Positions 40,283 through 49,999 of a stretch of 64,000 bases of DNA are shown here, one piece after another (position 1 is the stretch's first letter; every line of letters begins with the position of its first letter). The translations under genes and the position numbers were made by a program. The notes under the pieces are model-generated. The model made no database searches. It saw only the letters and a list, made by a program, of their open reading frames with translations, and was not told where the DNA came from. The stretch comes from Alphaproteobacteria bacterium. GTDB taxonomy: Bacteria > Pseudomonadota > Alphaproteobacteria > MPNO01. Location: the NCBI GenBank assembly GCA_965248835.1, contig CBDFLJ010000002.1:1472001-1536000 (forward strand). Reading direction: 5' to 3'.

Positions 40283-41812
40283 CTAGCCGCTTTCGCCCAG
40301 GGTCTGCCAGTCGACGCTCTGCTCGTAGGCGTGGGCGGCGCGGTAGACGGTCAGCTCGTCGAAGTGGCGGCCGACCAGCATCAGGCCGACCGGGCGCTCG
40401 CCCTCACCCAGCCCGCACGGGACCGAAATCGCCGGGTGGCCGGTGACGTTGAACGGTGCCGTGTTGCCGATCGCCTCCCAGCAGTGCTGCATCTCCTCCA
40501 GGAAGCCGCAATCGGCGGGCGGAATCTTGGAAGCCTTCATCGCGGTGCTCGGCAGCAAGAGCAGATCATTCTCGGCCAGGAGCGCATCGTAGGCCGCGCG
40601 CAGCGCCCGGCTCTGGTTCGCCGCCTTGGCGAAATGATGGCCGCCGTAATACTTGGTGGCGTAGAGCCCGAGCATCGCGCCGAACCGGAAGGTGTTGGGG
40701 AACTCCGCAGTGCGGCTGCCGGCCTCGGCCATCTTGTCGATCAGCGAGGTCGGATAGACCCCGCCGACATTACCGCCGAAGCCGCGGCCGCGATACATGG
40801 TCTTGTACATGCCGTCAGCCGCAATCCCGCCCCAGATGGCGAGCCCGGCCAGGTGCATCGGCTCCGAGACCTCGGTGACCACCGCACCCATCGATTCGAG
40901 ATGTCTGGCCGCCGCACGGACTGTCGCATCGACGTCGGCCTGGGAATCGTGGCGCCCGAACCCTTCGGCGATCACCGCGATGCGCAGCCCCTTGACGTCT
41001 TTGCCGAGCGCATCGGCATAGGTGTCGACCCGGGGCACCCGCTGGCGCGGATCGAACCCGTCCTCGCCGGCGATCGCCTGCAGGAAGGCGACGTTGTTCT
41101 CGACATCGCGGGTCATCGGGCCGGCATGATCGATGGTGGTCTCGATCCCCATGATGCCGGTATAGGGCACCAGCCCGAAGGTCGGTTTCAACGCAACGAT
41201 CCCGCTCATCGAGGCCGGGATGCGCACCGAGCCCGCCTGGTCGCCGCCGAGCGCCATGTCGACCTCGCCCGCAACCAGCAGCGCCGCGCTGCCCGTCGAG
41301 GAGCCGCCGGGGGTGTGGCCCGGGTTGCGCGGACTCTGGACGAGGCCGGTGGCCGAAGTCGTGCTGCCGCCCGAGACGCAGAAATATTCGCAGGTCGACT
41401 TGCCGGTGATCGTCCCGCCGGCATCGAGCACCCTGGTGACGACCGTCGCATCCATGTCCGGCACGAAGCCTTCGAGCACACTTGCCCCATTCATCATCGG
41501 TATGCCGGCCACGCACGCGCTGTCCTTGATGGCGATCGTCTTGCCCGACAGCGGCCCGGTCGGCGCGCCCTCGATCCGCGCCTTGATGTACCAGCCGCCA
41601 TGGGGGTTCTCCGCCTCGCTCGGCCGGTGCCATTCGCCGCGCTCATATTTCACCGGCGGCAGGTCGTCGGGCATCGCCTCGATCGCGTTGTAGGCATCGA
41701 CGAAAGGCGCCCAGAAGGTGCGTATGTCCTCGACCGCCGCATCGTCGACCGGGAAGCCGAGATCGGCGGCCATCTCCTTGACCCGCTCGGCACTGGGGGC
41801 TTCGTATTTCAT
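40283..41812 (-). CDS. Amidase-signature amidase, paralog of 32704..34215
   Basis: IKDS, PGGSSTGS and DQAGSVRIP motifs. Confidence 0.92.
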   Translation of the reverse strand: MKYEAPSAERVKEMAADLGFPVDDAAVEDIRTFWAPFVDAYNAIEAMPDDLPPVKYERGEWHRPSEAENPHGGWYIKARIEGAPTGPLSGKTIAIKDSACVAGIPMMNGASVLEGFVPDMDATVVTRVLDAGGTITGKSTCEYFCVSGGSTTSATGLVQSPRNPGHTPGGSSTGSAALLVAGEVDMALGGDQAGSVRIPASMSGIVALKPTFGLVPYTGIMGIETTIDHAGPMTRDVENNVAFLQAIAGEDGFDPRQRVPRVDTYADALGKDVKGLRIAVIAEGFGRHDSQADVDATVRAAARHLESMGAVVTEVSEPMHLAGLAIWGGIAADGMYKTMYRGRGFGGNVGGVYPTSLIDKMAEAGSRTAEFPNTFRFGAMLGLYATKYYGGHHFAKAANQSRALRAAYDALLAENDLLLLPSTAMKASKIPPADCGFLEEMQHCWEAIGNTAPFNVTGHPAISVPCGLGEGERPVGLMLVGRHFDELTVYRAAHAYEQSVDWQTLGESG

Positions 41813-41845
41813 CGCATGACCTCCCTTCGGGATTTCCAACAATGA

Positions 41846-43240
41846 CTATCGGGCCGCCGCCGCGCTCTCCGCGGCGACCAGCCCGAGCAGGAATGCCTTG
41901 ATCAGCCCGCCGATATAGCCGGCGCGCGGCCCGCCCTCCATCCCGCCCGCGGTCGAACCGGCGGCATAGAGCCCGGCGATCGGCGTGTCGTCCGGACGCA
42001 GGACCCTGGCGGCGCCGTCGACCGCGATGCCGCCCATGGTCACCGTGATGCCGGCAGCCAGCGGGACCGCACGGAACGGCGGTGTCTCGATCGGCGCCGG
42101 GTCGTAACCGCCGTCGCGCCTTGGTGGGCTCAGCGACTCCAGAGCCCCGCCGCGCACTGCCTCGTTGAAGGTGGCGACCGTGTCCGCCAGCGCTGCGGGA
42201 TCGAGCCCGGCGAGGCCGGCCAGCGTCTCGATCGAGCCGGCCTCGTGGATCGTCGCACCGGCTTCGGCCAGCGTCGGGTTCGGCGGCACCAGATCATTGT
42301 CCTTGGCGCGCTCCCAGACGGTGGCATCGAAGACCGCCGTCGCGCTCAGCGGATCGTCGAGCCCGGCGATCGCGTTGGTGATCCAGATGCCGCCGATGCC
42401 CTCGTCGGTGAACCGCCGGGCCGCACCGTCGACGACGATCGCCTGGGCGCAGAGCATGTCGACCTGCGGATAAGGCCACAGGCCTTCATTGGTCATCGCG
42501 TCGCGGCTAAGCACATGGCCGTAGAATCTGTCGAGCCCCACCAGCGCGGCACCGGCGCGCTCGGCCATGCGGGCGCCGTCGCCGCGCCCGGTCGCGGTAT
42601 TGCGCTGGCGAATGCGCTCGGGCCGCTTGGAGATGTGCCGCGCCAGCCGGTCGAAATCGGCCTGGAACCCGCCATCGGCGATGACCACCGCACCGGCGTC
42701 GATCCTGATCTCGCCGTCGGTCCCGCGTGCCCGGACTCCGGCGCACACACCGTCCTCGATGATCAATTCGAGCGCTTCGGTGCCGCGCAGGACCGTGCCG
42801 CCGGCCGCTTCCAGCCGGGCGGTCAGCGATTGCAGCAGCTTGTGCGGCCCGCTGCCCGGCCAGTCGAGCCCGGCCTTCATCTCGCGCGGCGGAGACATCA
42901 CGGGAAGGCCGAAGCAAAGACCCGGATCGCGGGTGAAGGATGCGCCGTGAGCCTCCATCCATGCGATCGTCCGCTGCGCGTTGTCGGCGAAGCAGCGCGC
43001 GAGGTCGGGCCGCGCATGGTTGTCGGTGACGTCCATGATGCGGTCGTAGAGCACGTCCGGCCGCTCCTCGACGCGCCACATCCCGCAATGGAACGCGCCG
43101 GTCGACACCCGGGAGTTGCAGATGTAATCGGCCGCCGACCCGCGCTCGATGACGGCGGCGGTGAGCCCGAGCTCGGCCGCCCGGTTCGCCGACACGAGCC
43201 CGGCGAAGCCGCCGCCCACCGCCAGCAGATCGACCTTCAT
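41846..43240 (-). CDS. FAD-binding oxidoreductase (fumarate reductase flavoprotein/TcuA-like)
   Basis: GGGFAG, IADGGF, GDG and ITVTMGG..VD...GLYAAG motifs. Confidence 0.82.
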   Translation of the reverse strand: MKVDLLAVGGGFAGLVSANRAAELGLTAAVIERGSAADYICNSRVSTGAFHCGMWRVEERPDVLYDRIMDVTDNHARPDLARCFADNAQRTIAWMEAHGASFTRDPGLCFGLPVMSPPREMKAGLDWPGSGPHKLLQSLTARLEAAGGTVLRGTEALELIIEDGVCAGVRARGTDGEIRIDAGAVVIADGGFQADFDRLARHISKRPERIRQRNTATGRGDGARMAERAGAALVGLDRFYGHVLSRDAMTNEGLWPYPQVDMLCAQAIVVDGAARRFTDEGIGGIWITNAIAGLDDPLSATAVFDATVWERAKDNDLVPPNPTLAEAGATIHEAGSIETLAGLAGLDPAALADTVATFNEAVRGGALESLSPPRRDGGYDPAPIETPPFRAVPLAAGITVTMGGIAVDGAARVLRPDDTPIAGLYAAGSTAGGMEGGPRAGYIGGLIKAFLLGLVAAESAAAAR

Positions 43241-43335
43241 CCATCCATCCCCTGCCCGCCGCGCCGTCTCGTTGCGGCAATCGGCGGCGTCTGTCACCCT
43301 AGCGCGCATTCCATCACGATGACCAGGGGGAGAAC

Positions 43336-43710
43336 ATGGCAATCGAGCGGCACCAGCCCAGAACCGGCCAAGTCGTCAACGGCAGGCAGATGCCGTCAAT
43401 GAGCGGGATTGTCGTCCACGGCGATACGATCTATCTCGCGGGCCAGGTCGCCCAGAGCGGCGGCGATATCAGGGCCCAGACCCAGAACATACTGGACAAT
43501 ATCGACGCCCAGCTCGCCTCGGTCGGCTCCGACAAGTCGAAGATCCTGTCGGCCAATCTCTGGATCACCGACTTCGAGAATTTCGGCGGGCTCAACGAGG
43601 TGTGGAACGCCTGGATCGACCTCGAGAACATGCCGGCCCGGGCCTGCGTGCGCTCCGAGCTCGCAAGATCCGACCTGCTGATCGAGATCATGATCACCGC
43701 GGCGAAATAG
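43336..43710 (+). CDS. Rid-family protein (YoaB/Rid2-like, Arg retained)
   Basis: YLAGQV, DKSKIL, NEVWNAW and PARACV motifs. Confidence 0.88.
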   Translation: MAIERHQPRTGQVVNGRQMPSMSGIVVHGDTIYLAGQVAQSGGDIRAQTQNILDNIDAQLASVGSDKSKILSANLWITDFENFGGLNEVWNAWIDLENMPARACVRSELARSDLLIEIMITAAK

Positions 43711-43716
43711 CGGCCG

Positions 43717-43749
43717 AAAAAGAACCGGACGCCGCGCGCGGCGTCCGGT
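43717..43749 (-). terminator. Rho-independent terminator
   Basis: Perfect hairpin ACCGGACGCCG-CGCG-CGGCGTCCGGT followed by TCTTTTT on the minus strand, between convergent genes. Confidence 0.75.
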
Positions 43750-43769
43750 CGGAAACCGTTGCGACCGGC

Positions 43770-44699
43770 TCAGACGTTGAGCAAATCGTGCGCCTGGCTC
43801 TGGCGGACAGCGTCGACCAGGCTTTGCTCGCCGACATCGTCGAGCATGTTCCAGCTCCGCATCCATTCGTAGGTGCGCGTCAGCTCGTCCTCGGGGATCG
43901 GCGCCGGGTCGGTCAGCTGGATACGGCTCAGCCGGAAGTCGGAAGGGGTCAGCTTGGCGATCCCCGGGTGCTGGCCCTTGTGGTAGTCGATGAAATACTG
44001 GACGTATTTGCGCTTGTCGGCGTTGATCCGCCGCACCGCCTCGACCACCGCGCGGTTGAAGGCGGCATAGGTCTCGGCATCGACGGCATCCGAAACCACC
44101 TCGGTGCCGTGATAGAGCGCCTCCTGGACGATGCGGCAGCCCGCCTTCTCGGCCAGCGTGATGTAGGGCTCGGTGAGCGTGGTGGCCTCGACCTCGCCCT
44201 TCATCATCGATTCGAACCGTGCCGCCGAGCCGTTGGGCGCCCGGCAGGTCCTGATCATGTCGCGCGGCACGAAGCCTTCGAGCATCTGGATGGCGAGATA
44301 GTGGGTGCCGAAATAGTACGGCACGCCGATCAGCTTGCCGGCAAGCTGCTGCGGTGTGAAGACCTTGGAGTCGGGCCGCACCACGAGCGCCGCGCAGACC
44401 ACGATCGAGCGCCGGCCGACCTGGCGTCCCCTGGCGTCGCTGTCCTGGACCCGGCGGTAGTTGCCGCATTCGCAGGCATTGTACATGTCCGCCCCGCCTT
44501 GCTCGAAGGTGCTGCCATGGCTGGCGAAGGCGGAGAACCCATCGGGCGAAATCGCCGAGGTGTCGGTCTCGCGCGGCGCCTGGTTGCGCGCGACCCATTG
44601 GATGTCGAGCCCTTCGGCCGCGAACAACCCCTCGGCGTCGGCGACGAGTTCGGCCAGTCCCTGGAAAGGCGCGGTCGTTTCCAGTCTCAGCGTCTTCAT
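43770..44699 (-). CDS. NMT1/TauA-like binding-protein-fold protein without signal peptide
   Basis: VADAEGLFAAEGLDI, LAGKLIGV and EPYITLAEKAG motifs; no transporter genes adjacent. Confidence 0.72.
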   Translation of the reverse strand: MKTLRLETTAPFQGLAELVADAEGLFAAEGLDIQWVARNQAPRETDTSAISPDGFSAFASHGSTFEQGGADMYNACECGNYRRVQDSDARGRQVGRRSIVVCAALVVRPDSKVFTPQQLAGKLIGVPYYFGTHYLAIQMLEGFVPRDMIRTCRAPNGSAARFESMMKGEVEATTLTEPYITLAEKAGCRIVQEALYHGTEVVSDAVDAETYAAFNRAVVEAVRRINADKRKYVQYFIDYHKGQHPGIAKLTPSDFRLSRIQLTDPAPIPEDELTRTYEWMRSWNMLDDVGEQSLVDAVRQSQAHDLLNV

Positions 44700-44863
44700 G
44701 GCGAGGCTCCAGTCCGGACCAGTTTCACGGGCCAACGCGGCCCCGCCACGGTATCAAATTCGACCGCGTCCGGGCAACTGCCGCCGTAAGGTCGGTTACC
44801 GACACATCGCCAGCACCCGCGCGGGCGCGCCGCTGGCGCCGGTCAGCTTGATCGAATCGACGA

Positions 44864-46390
44864 TCAGCGTGTCCGGTCGCGAAGCCGGCGCCGCAGAACC
44901 TTGCCGGCCGCGTTCTTGGGCAGAGCGTCAACGACCTCGATCGTCTTGGGCACCTTGTAGGAGGTGAGCCGCGCCCGGCAATGCGCAGTGAGCGCGGCGG
45001 TGTCGATCATCTCGCCCGGCCGGGCGACCACGAAAGCCTTCACCGCCTCGCCCCAATGATCGTCGGGCGCGCCGACCACGGCCGCCTCGGCAACCGATGG
45101 GTGGTGGAACAGGGCCTCTTCGATCTCGCGCGGGTAGAGGTTGATGCCGCCGGAGATGATCATGTCGGTCTTGCGGTCGATCAGGTAGACAAAGCCCTCC
45201 TCGTCGCGCACCGCCATGTCGCCGGCGCTGACCCAGCCATCGAGCATGGTCCTGGCGGTCTCTTCCGGCCGCTGCCAATAGCCGTTGAACAGGTAGGGCG
45301 AGGCGCTGAACAGCTCACCCACCTCGCCGGGCCCGACCTCGGTGCCGTCCTCGCGGCGGATCGATATCTCCGTTGCCACGAACGGCAGGCCGACGCACTC
45401 GATCTTGCGGAGCTGGTCCTCGGGCCGCAGATTGGTGACGATCGCACCCTCGGTCGAGCCATAGGTCTCGTGCAGGACCGTTTCGCCGAAATAATCGACG
45501 ATGCGCTCCTTGGTCGCCTGGGGCAACGGCGCCGCGTTGGAGATGATGGTGCGCACGCCGGTGTCGCGGTAACGCTCCAACACCGCCGGCTCCAGCGCGA
45601 ACAACGCGTGGAAATGGGTCGGCACCATGAACGTCGTCGACATGTGGCCGGCATGGAGATGGCGCAACAGCAGCTCGGGGTCGAACCTGGGAAGGATCTC
45701 GCAATAACCGCCGAGGAACAGCGTCGCCATGGCGAACGCGAACCCGGCGCCGTGGAACAGCGGGGCGGTTACCAGGTTGCGGTCCTCCGGCGCATAACAG
45801 CCGTATTCCGAGGCCATCGCCAGGAAGCACAGCGTGCGTGCGCGGTGAGACAGCACCACGCCCTTGGGCTGGCCCGTGGTGCCCGCGGTGTAGGGGATGG
45901 TGAAGGCGTCCCATTCCTGGATCGCCTGCTCGCGGGTCTCGCGCGCATCGGCGAGCCAGGCCTCGTAGCGGTCATCGAGGACGATGATGTCCTCGACCGT
46001 CTCGAAGGGAATCGCGCGCGCCAGGTCTTCCAGGCCAGGTGCGACGAACAAGGCACGCGCGCCGCAGTCGTTGCAGATGAACGCAACCTCCTCGGCAATC
46101 AGCCGCGGGTTCAGCGTTGCCACCGCGACGCCGGCCGATGCGGCACCGCAGACGATCTCCACATAGGACAGACAGTTGGGTGCGAGGATCGCGGCGTGGT
46201 CACCCATGGAAAGACCCAGCCCGTCGATCACGCCGCCGGTCACGCGGCGGATCCGCCGGCCGAGCGCGGCATAGCTCAACCGACGCGCGCCCTCGCGGAT
46301 TGCGATCTTGTCCGGTGTCCGCCCGGCAGCCGCATGGACCCCCGAGGCGATGGTCAGCGGGCGGTAGCTAGCCGGTAACGCGATCGCCAT
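44864..46390 (-). CDS. Acyl-CoA synthetase / AMP-binding enzyme
   Basis: YTAGTTGQPKG, YGSTE, GD, DRKTDMIISGG and PKNAAGK motifs. Confidence 0.92.
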   Translation of the reverse strand: MAIALPASYRPLTIASGVHAAAGRTPDKIAIREGARRLSYAALGRRIRRVTGGVIDGLGLSMGDHAAILAPNCLSYVEIVCGAASAGVAVATLNPRLIAEEVAFICNDCGARALFVAPGLEDLARAIPFETVEDIIVLDDRYEAWLADARETREQAIQEWDAFTIPYTAGTTGQPKGVVLSHRARTLCFLAMASEYGCYAPEDRNLVTAPLFHGAGFAFAMATLFLGGYCEILPRFDPELLLRHLHAGHMSTTFMVPTHFHALFALEPAVLERYRDTGVRTIISNAAPLPQATKERIVDYFGETVLHETYGSTEGAIVTNLRPEDQLRKIECVGLPFVATEISIRREDGTEVGPGEVGELFSASPYLFNGYWQRPEETARTMLDGWVSAGDMAVRDEEGFVYLIDRKTDMIISGGINLYPREIEEALFHHPSVAEAAVVGAPDDHWGEAVKAFVVARPGEMIDTAALTAHCRARLTSYKVPKTIEVVDALPKNAAGKVLRRRLRDRTR

Positions 46391-47258
46391 CGGACGGACT
46401 TTCGGGCAGCCGGAAGACCCGCAGCGCGTTCTCGCGCATCAACAGAGGCTTGGCTTCGGCGCGGATCTCCAGGGCCTCGATCTCGCGGACCGCGCGCTCG
46501 GGGTCGATCACCGGCCAGTCGGTGCCGAACAGCACCTTGCGGCGGCCGTAGGTGTTGAGATAGTGGACGACCGTTTCCGGCCAGTAGCGCGGCGCGTAGG
46601 CATCCACGCCGATGAACACGTTGTCGTGCTTCCATGCCATGGCGATCATCTCTTCGGTCCACGGCATGCCGATATGGATGCCCAGGAGCTTGAGCTCGGG
46701 GAAATCGCATGCAACCTGATCGAGACAGATCGGCCGGCCGACGCTCGGCAGCCGCCGGCCGCGGGAATAGACCAGGCTCTGGCCGACCTGCATCATGATG
46801 GGCACGTCGAGCTCGCAGCACTTGCCATAGACCGGGTAGTACTTCGCATGGTCGGGTGCCAGACCGAACCAGTGGGGATAGAGGTGCGCGCCGACGAAGC
46901 CGTGCTCGCACACCGCGGCCTCGAGGTCGCGCAACGCCTGCATGCCGCGGAACGGATCGATGCCGGCGAGCCCGGAGAACCGGTCGGGGTGGGCGGCGCA
47001 GACCTCGGCCACCCGCTCATAGGGCACCTCGAAGGAGCCTGCGACGTTGATGTCGCCGGCGCGCACCGCGATCAGCAGCGAGCGGGCGATGCCGGCGCGG
47101 TCCATCTTGGCCAGATAGTCCTCGATCGACACGCCGCCGCGAAACGCCGCCGGCATGCGGATCTGGTCCTTGAAGGTATCGTCGATGCCGGTCTGGCCGA
47201 GCCGGACCTCCTGTTCGGTGTAGAGGTTGCAGACGATGTCGATCGCGCCGTCGGTCAT
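46368..47258 (-). CDS. Amidohydrolase-2 family protein
   Basis: HPDRFSGLAGIDP, HLYPHWF, IHIGMPW and VLFGTDWP motifs. Confidence 0.85.
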   Translation of the reverse strand: MTDGAIDIVCNLYTEQEVRLGQTGIDDTFKDQIRMPAAFRGGVSIEDYLAKMDRAGIARSLLIAVRAGDINVAGSFEVPYERVAEVCAAHPDRFSGLAGIDPFRGMQALRDLEAAVCEHGFVGAHLYPHWFGLAPDHAKYYPVYGKCCELDVPIMMQVGQSLVYSRGRRLPSVGRPICLDQVACDFPELKLLGIHIGMPWTEEMIAMAWKHDNVFIGVDAYAPRYWPETVVHYLNTYGRRKVLFGTDWPVIDPERAVREIEALEIRAEAKPLLMRENALRVFRLPESPSDGDRVTG

Positions 47259-47268
47259 CGAAGCCGGG

Positions 47269-48696
47269 TCACTTCGGCAGGACGTGCGACCACTTGGCCT
47301 TGATCCGCTCGTCGAGCTCCTTGGACGAGCGGGCGACGACCGGGAAGGTGTCGCGCCGGGCAAACGGGCGGCAGGCATCGACCACGACGCGCGCGTTGCG
47401 CCGGTCGGTATCGCCGTCATAGCACATCGGGTCGAGATGGGTGCTCCAGGCGCCGCGGATCACCTCCATTCCTTCGCGCGGATCGAAGCGGGTGCACATC
47501 GCCCAGACCACGTCGTTCATGTTGGTCGGATCGATGTCGTCGTCGACCACCACCACCCAGCGGTTGGAATAGGCCCCGGCATGGCACGATGCCGCGATCA
47601 GCCCCGCCTGCTTGGAATGGCCGCCATACATCTGTTTGATCGACACAGTCAGCCACATGCGCGAGCCGCCGGCCTCATGCGCCCACACACCCTTGACCTC
47701 GGGAACGCCGGCGGCTTCGAGCTGGTTCCACACCGCTCCGCAGCGGTATGTGCCGAGATAGAAGGTGTTGTCGTTGGGTGGTACTGCGGGGATCGCGCCG
47801 GTCAGCACCGGCCGGTTGCGGTGCATCAGGGTCTCGATCCGGATCGCCGGTTGCGGCCGCCGGCCGCCGGCGTAATAGCCGGTCCACTCGCCGAGCGGGC
47901 CTTCCATGACCTCATCGTCGGCGTGGATGAAGCCCTCGAAGGCGATCTCTGCATTGGCCGGGACCGGCAACCCGGTCTTGGGCATGTTGATGACCTCGAT
48001 CGGCTCCTTCATCAGCCCGCCGACCGCATCGTACTCGTTCTTGCCGTAAGGGATCTCGAGGCCCGCGATCATGAAATAGGCCGGATGCATGCCGGCCACC
48101 ACCGCGACCGGACAGGGCTCGCCGCGTTGGTGGTACTTCTCCATGATCAGCCGGCCGTGCTTGCCGGGCGACATCATAACCGTCGCGACCGAGGGCTCGT
48201 GCGACTGGACGCGATAGCAGCCGTAGTTGATCCACTCGCTGTCGGGGTCCTTCATCACCACCATGCAGCCGGTGCCGATGAAATACCCGCCGTCGTGCTC
48301 GTGCCACTTGGGCGTCGGGATCGACGTGATGTCGACCTTGTCGCCTTCGGTGACGTTGTCCAGCAGCGGGCCGCCGTTGACCTGCCTGGGCGCATGCGTC
48401 GGCGCATCGCCCATATAGTCGCGCCACCAGCGAATCAGATCCATCTCCGATGCCTCGGGCTTGAGCCCGAGCGCGACGTTGATCCGCGGCACCGAGGTCA
48501 ACAGGTTCGCCGCCACCCGGTGGCCCTTGGGGAAGCCCGGAACCTCGTCGAACATCACCGCCGGGTTGCCCATCTTGCGCTGGAAGATGTCGACCAGCCC
48601 GCCGATTTCCTCGTGATGCTCGACCCCGGTTATAGTCTGGAGCTCGCCGATCTTCTCGACACCCTCCAGCCAGTTCCTGAGATCCTTGTTCGCCAC
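47269..48696 (-). CDS. UbiD-family (de)carboxylase
   Basis: DGGYFIGT, NYGCYR, EIAFEG, EGPLGEWTGY and VDDDID motifs. Confidence 0.9.
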   Translation of the reverse strand: MANKDLRNWLEGVEKIGELQTITGVEHHEEIGGLVDIFQRKMGNPAVMFDEVPGFPKGHRVAANLLTSVPRINVALGLKPEASEMDLIRWWRDYMGDAPTHAPRQVNGGPLLDNVTEGDKVDITSIPTPKWHEHDGGYFIGTGCMVVMKDPDSEWINYGCYRVQSHEPSVATVMMSPGKHGRLIMEKYHQRGEPCPVAVVAGMHPAYFMIAGLEIPYGKNEYDAVGGLMKEPIEVINMPKTGLPVPANAEIAFEGFIHADDEVMEGPLGEWTGYYAGGRRPQPAIRIETLMHRNRPVLTGAIPAVPPNDNTFYLGTYRCGAVWNQLEAAGVPEVKGVWAHEAGGSRMWLTVSIKQMYGGHSKQAGLIAASCHAGAYSNRWVVVVDDDIDPTNMNDVVWAMCTRFDPREGMEVIRGAWSTHLDPMCYDGDTDRRNARVVVDACRPFARRDTFPVVARSSKELDERIKAKWSHVLPK

Positions 48697-48870
48697 CGTC
48701 GTTACTCCCGCAAATGGATCGGGCCAGTTTAGCGCCCCGCGCCGATTAGGCCAGGGTTGCGGCCACCTGCCGTCGCCGGCGCATGATCTGTCCGGCATTG
48801 GAGGCGCACGCGTTGTCCGGCGGCGGATTCCGAGTCACGATCGGCACCTGCGGAGCCGAAGGAGGCCCAA

Positions 48871-49947
48871 ATGCTGTTCGATGCCGATTCCCATTTCCTG
48901 CCCAAAGACGCCTACGACGCAATGGCCGGCGAGCACCGCCACCTGCGCCCGCGCATCATCGCCGATGGGGCGGGCGCGACGATGCGTTTTCTCGGTCGCA
49001 ACCATCCGCGCGTAGCGCACTCGATCCCGGTCGAGCAGACCTGCTCGGTCGCACGCCGGCTCGCCGATGTCGACCGGCTGGGCATCGACTGTCAGCTCCT
49101 GTTCCCCAACCATTCCGGGGTCTACAACGAGATCGCCGATCAAGGTGCGGCCCGCGCCCTTGTCCAGAACCACAACGACGGCATGGCCGCTGCCGAGCAC
49201 CGCTCCGGCGGCCGGCTGATCGCAACCTTCTGCCTGCCGATGCAGCATCCCGACGAGGCGATCGCCGAGCTGCAGCGCTGCGTCGATGTGCACGGCCTGC
49301 GCTGCGCGGTGATCTGCCCGAACGTCAACGGCGGCGCGATCGACGATCTGCCGCTCTGGGATCTTTATGCCGAGGCCGAGCGGCTGGGCGTTGTCGTCGC
49401 CTTCCACGGCGATGCCGATGCCAGGCAGATCGGCCATGAGCGCTTCGACCGCTGGCGGCTGCACAACTGCCTCGGCTTCCCGTTCGATTACATGCACGCG
49501 ATGGTCTGCCTGATCTTTTCCGGCCTGCTCGACCGCTTTCCCGGCCTGAAGCTCCTGTTCGCGGAGGCCGGCGTGAGCTTCCTGCCGTTCCTCGAGGACC
49601 GCATGCGCGACACGATCGAAACCTTCGAATCGCCGCTTGCCCACCACAACTTCGACATCCGCCGCCGTCCGATGAACAAGCGCCCGCCGGAAACGTATTT
49701 CGAGATGTTCCACCACGCGGTGGGACTCGACGAATCGCTCCTCGAGCTGGTGATCGGCAGGTATGGTGTCGACAAGTTCATGGTCGGCACCGACTACCCC
49801 CATCCCGACGCGCACATGAACGTCGCACAAACAGTGCAGACTTTGTCCTCGATCTCGGCCGAGGCCTACGAGGCGATCAGCTGGAAGAACGCCGAGCGCT
49901 TGTTCTCGCTGGAGGACATTCACAAGAGATCCCTCGCCGCCGAGTAA
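48871..49947 (+). CDS. Amidohydrolase-2 family protein (ACMSD-like decarboxylase/hydratase)
   Basis: DADSH, FHG, RFPGLK..AEAG and GTDYPH motifs. Confidence 0.85.
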   Translation: MLFDADSHFLPKDAYDAMAGEHRHLRPRIIADGAGATMRFLGRNHPRVAHSIPVEQTCSVARRLADVDRLGIDCQLLFPNHSGVYNEIADQGAARALVQNHNDGMAAAEHRSGGRLIATFCLPMQHPDEAIAELQRCVDVHGLRCAVICPNVNGGAIDDLPLWDLYAEAERLGVVVAFHGDADARQIGHERFDRWRLHNCLGFPFDYMHAMVCLIFSGLLDRFPGLKLLFAEAGVSFLPFLEDRMRDTIETFESPLAHHNFDIRRRPMNKRPPETYFEMFHHAVGLDESLLELVIGRYGVDKFMVGTDYPHPDAHMNVAQTVQTLSSISAEAYEAISWKNAERLFSLEDIHKRSLAAE

Positions 49948-49999
49948 AGCCCGCCGCGGCCGGCACAGCGACCGAGGCACCGGGGATCAGGTGCGATCC

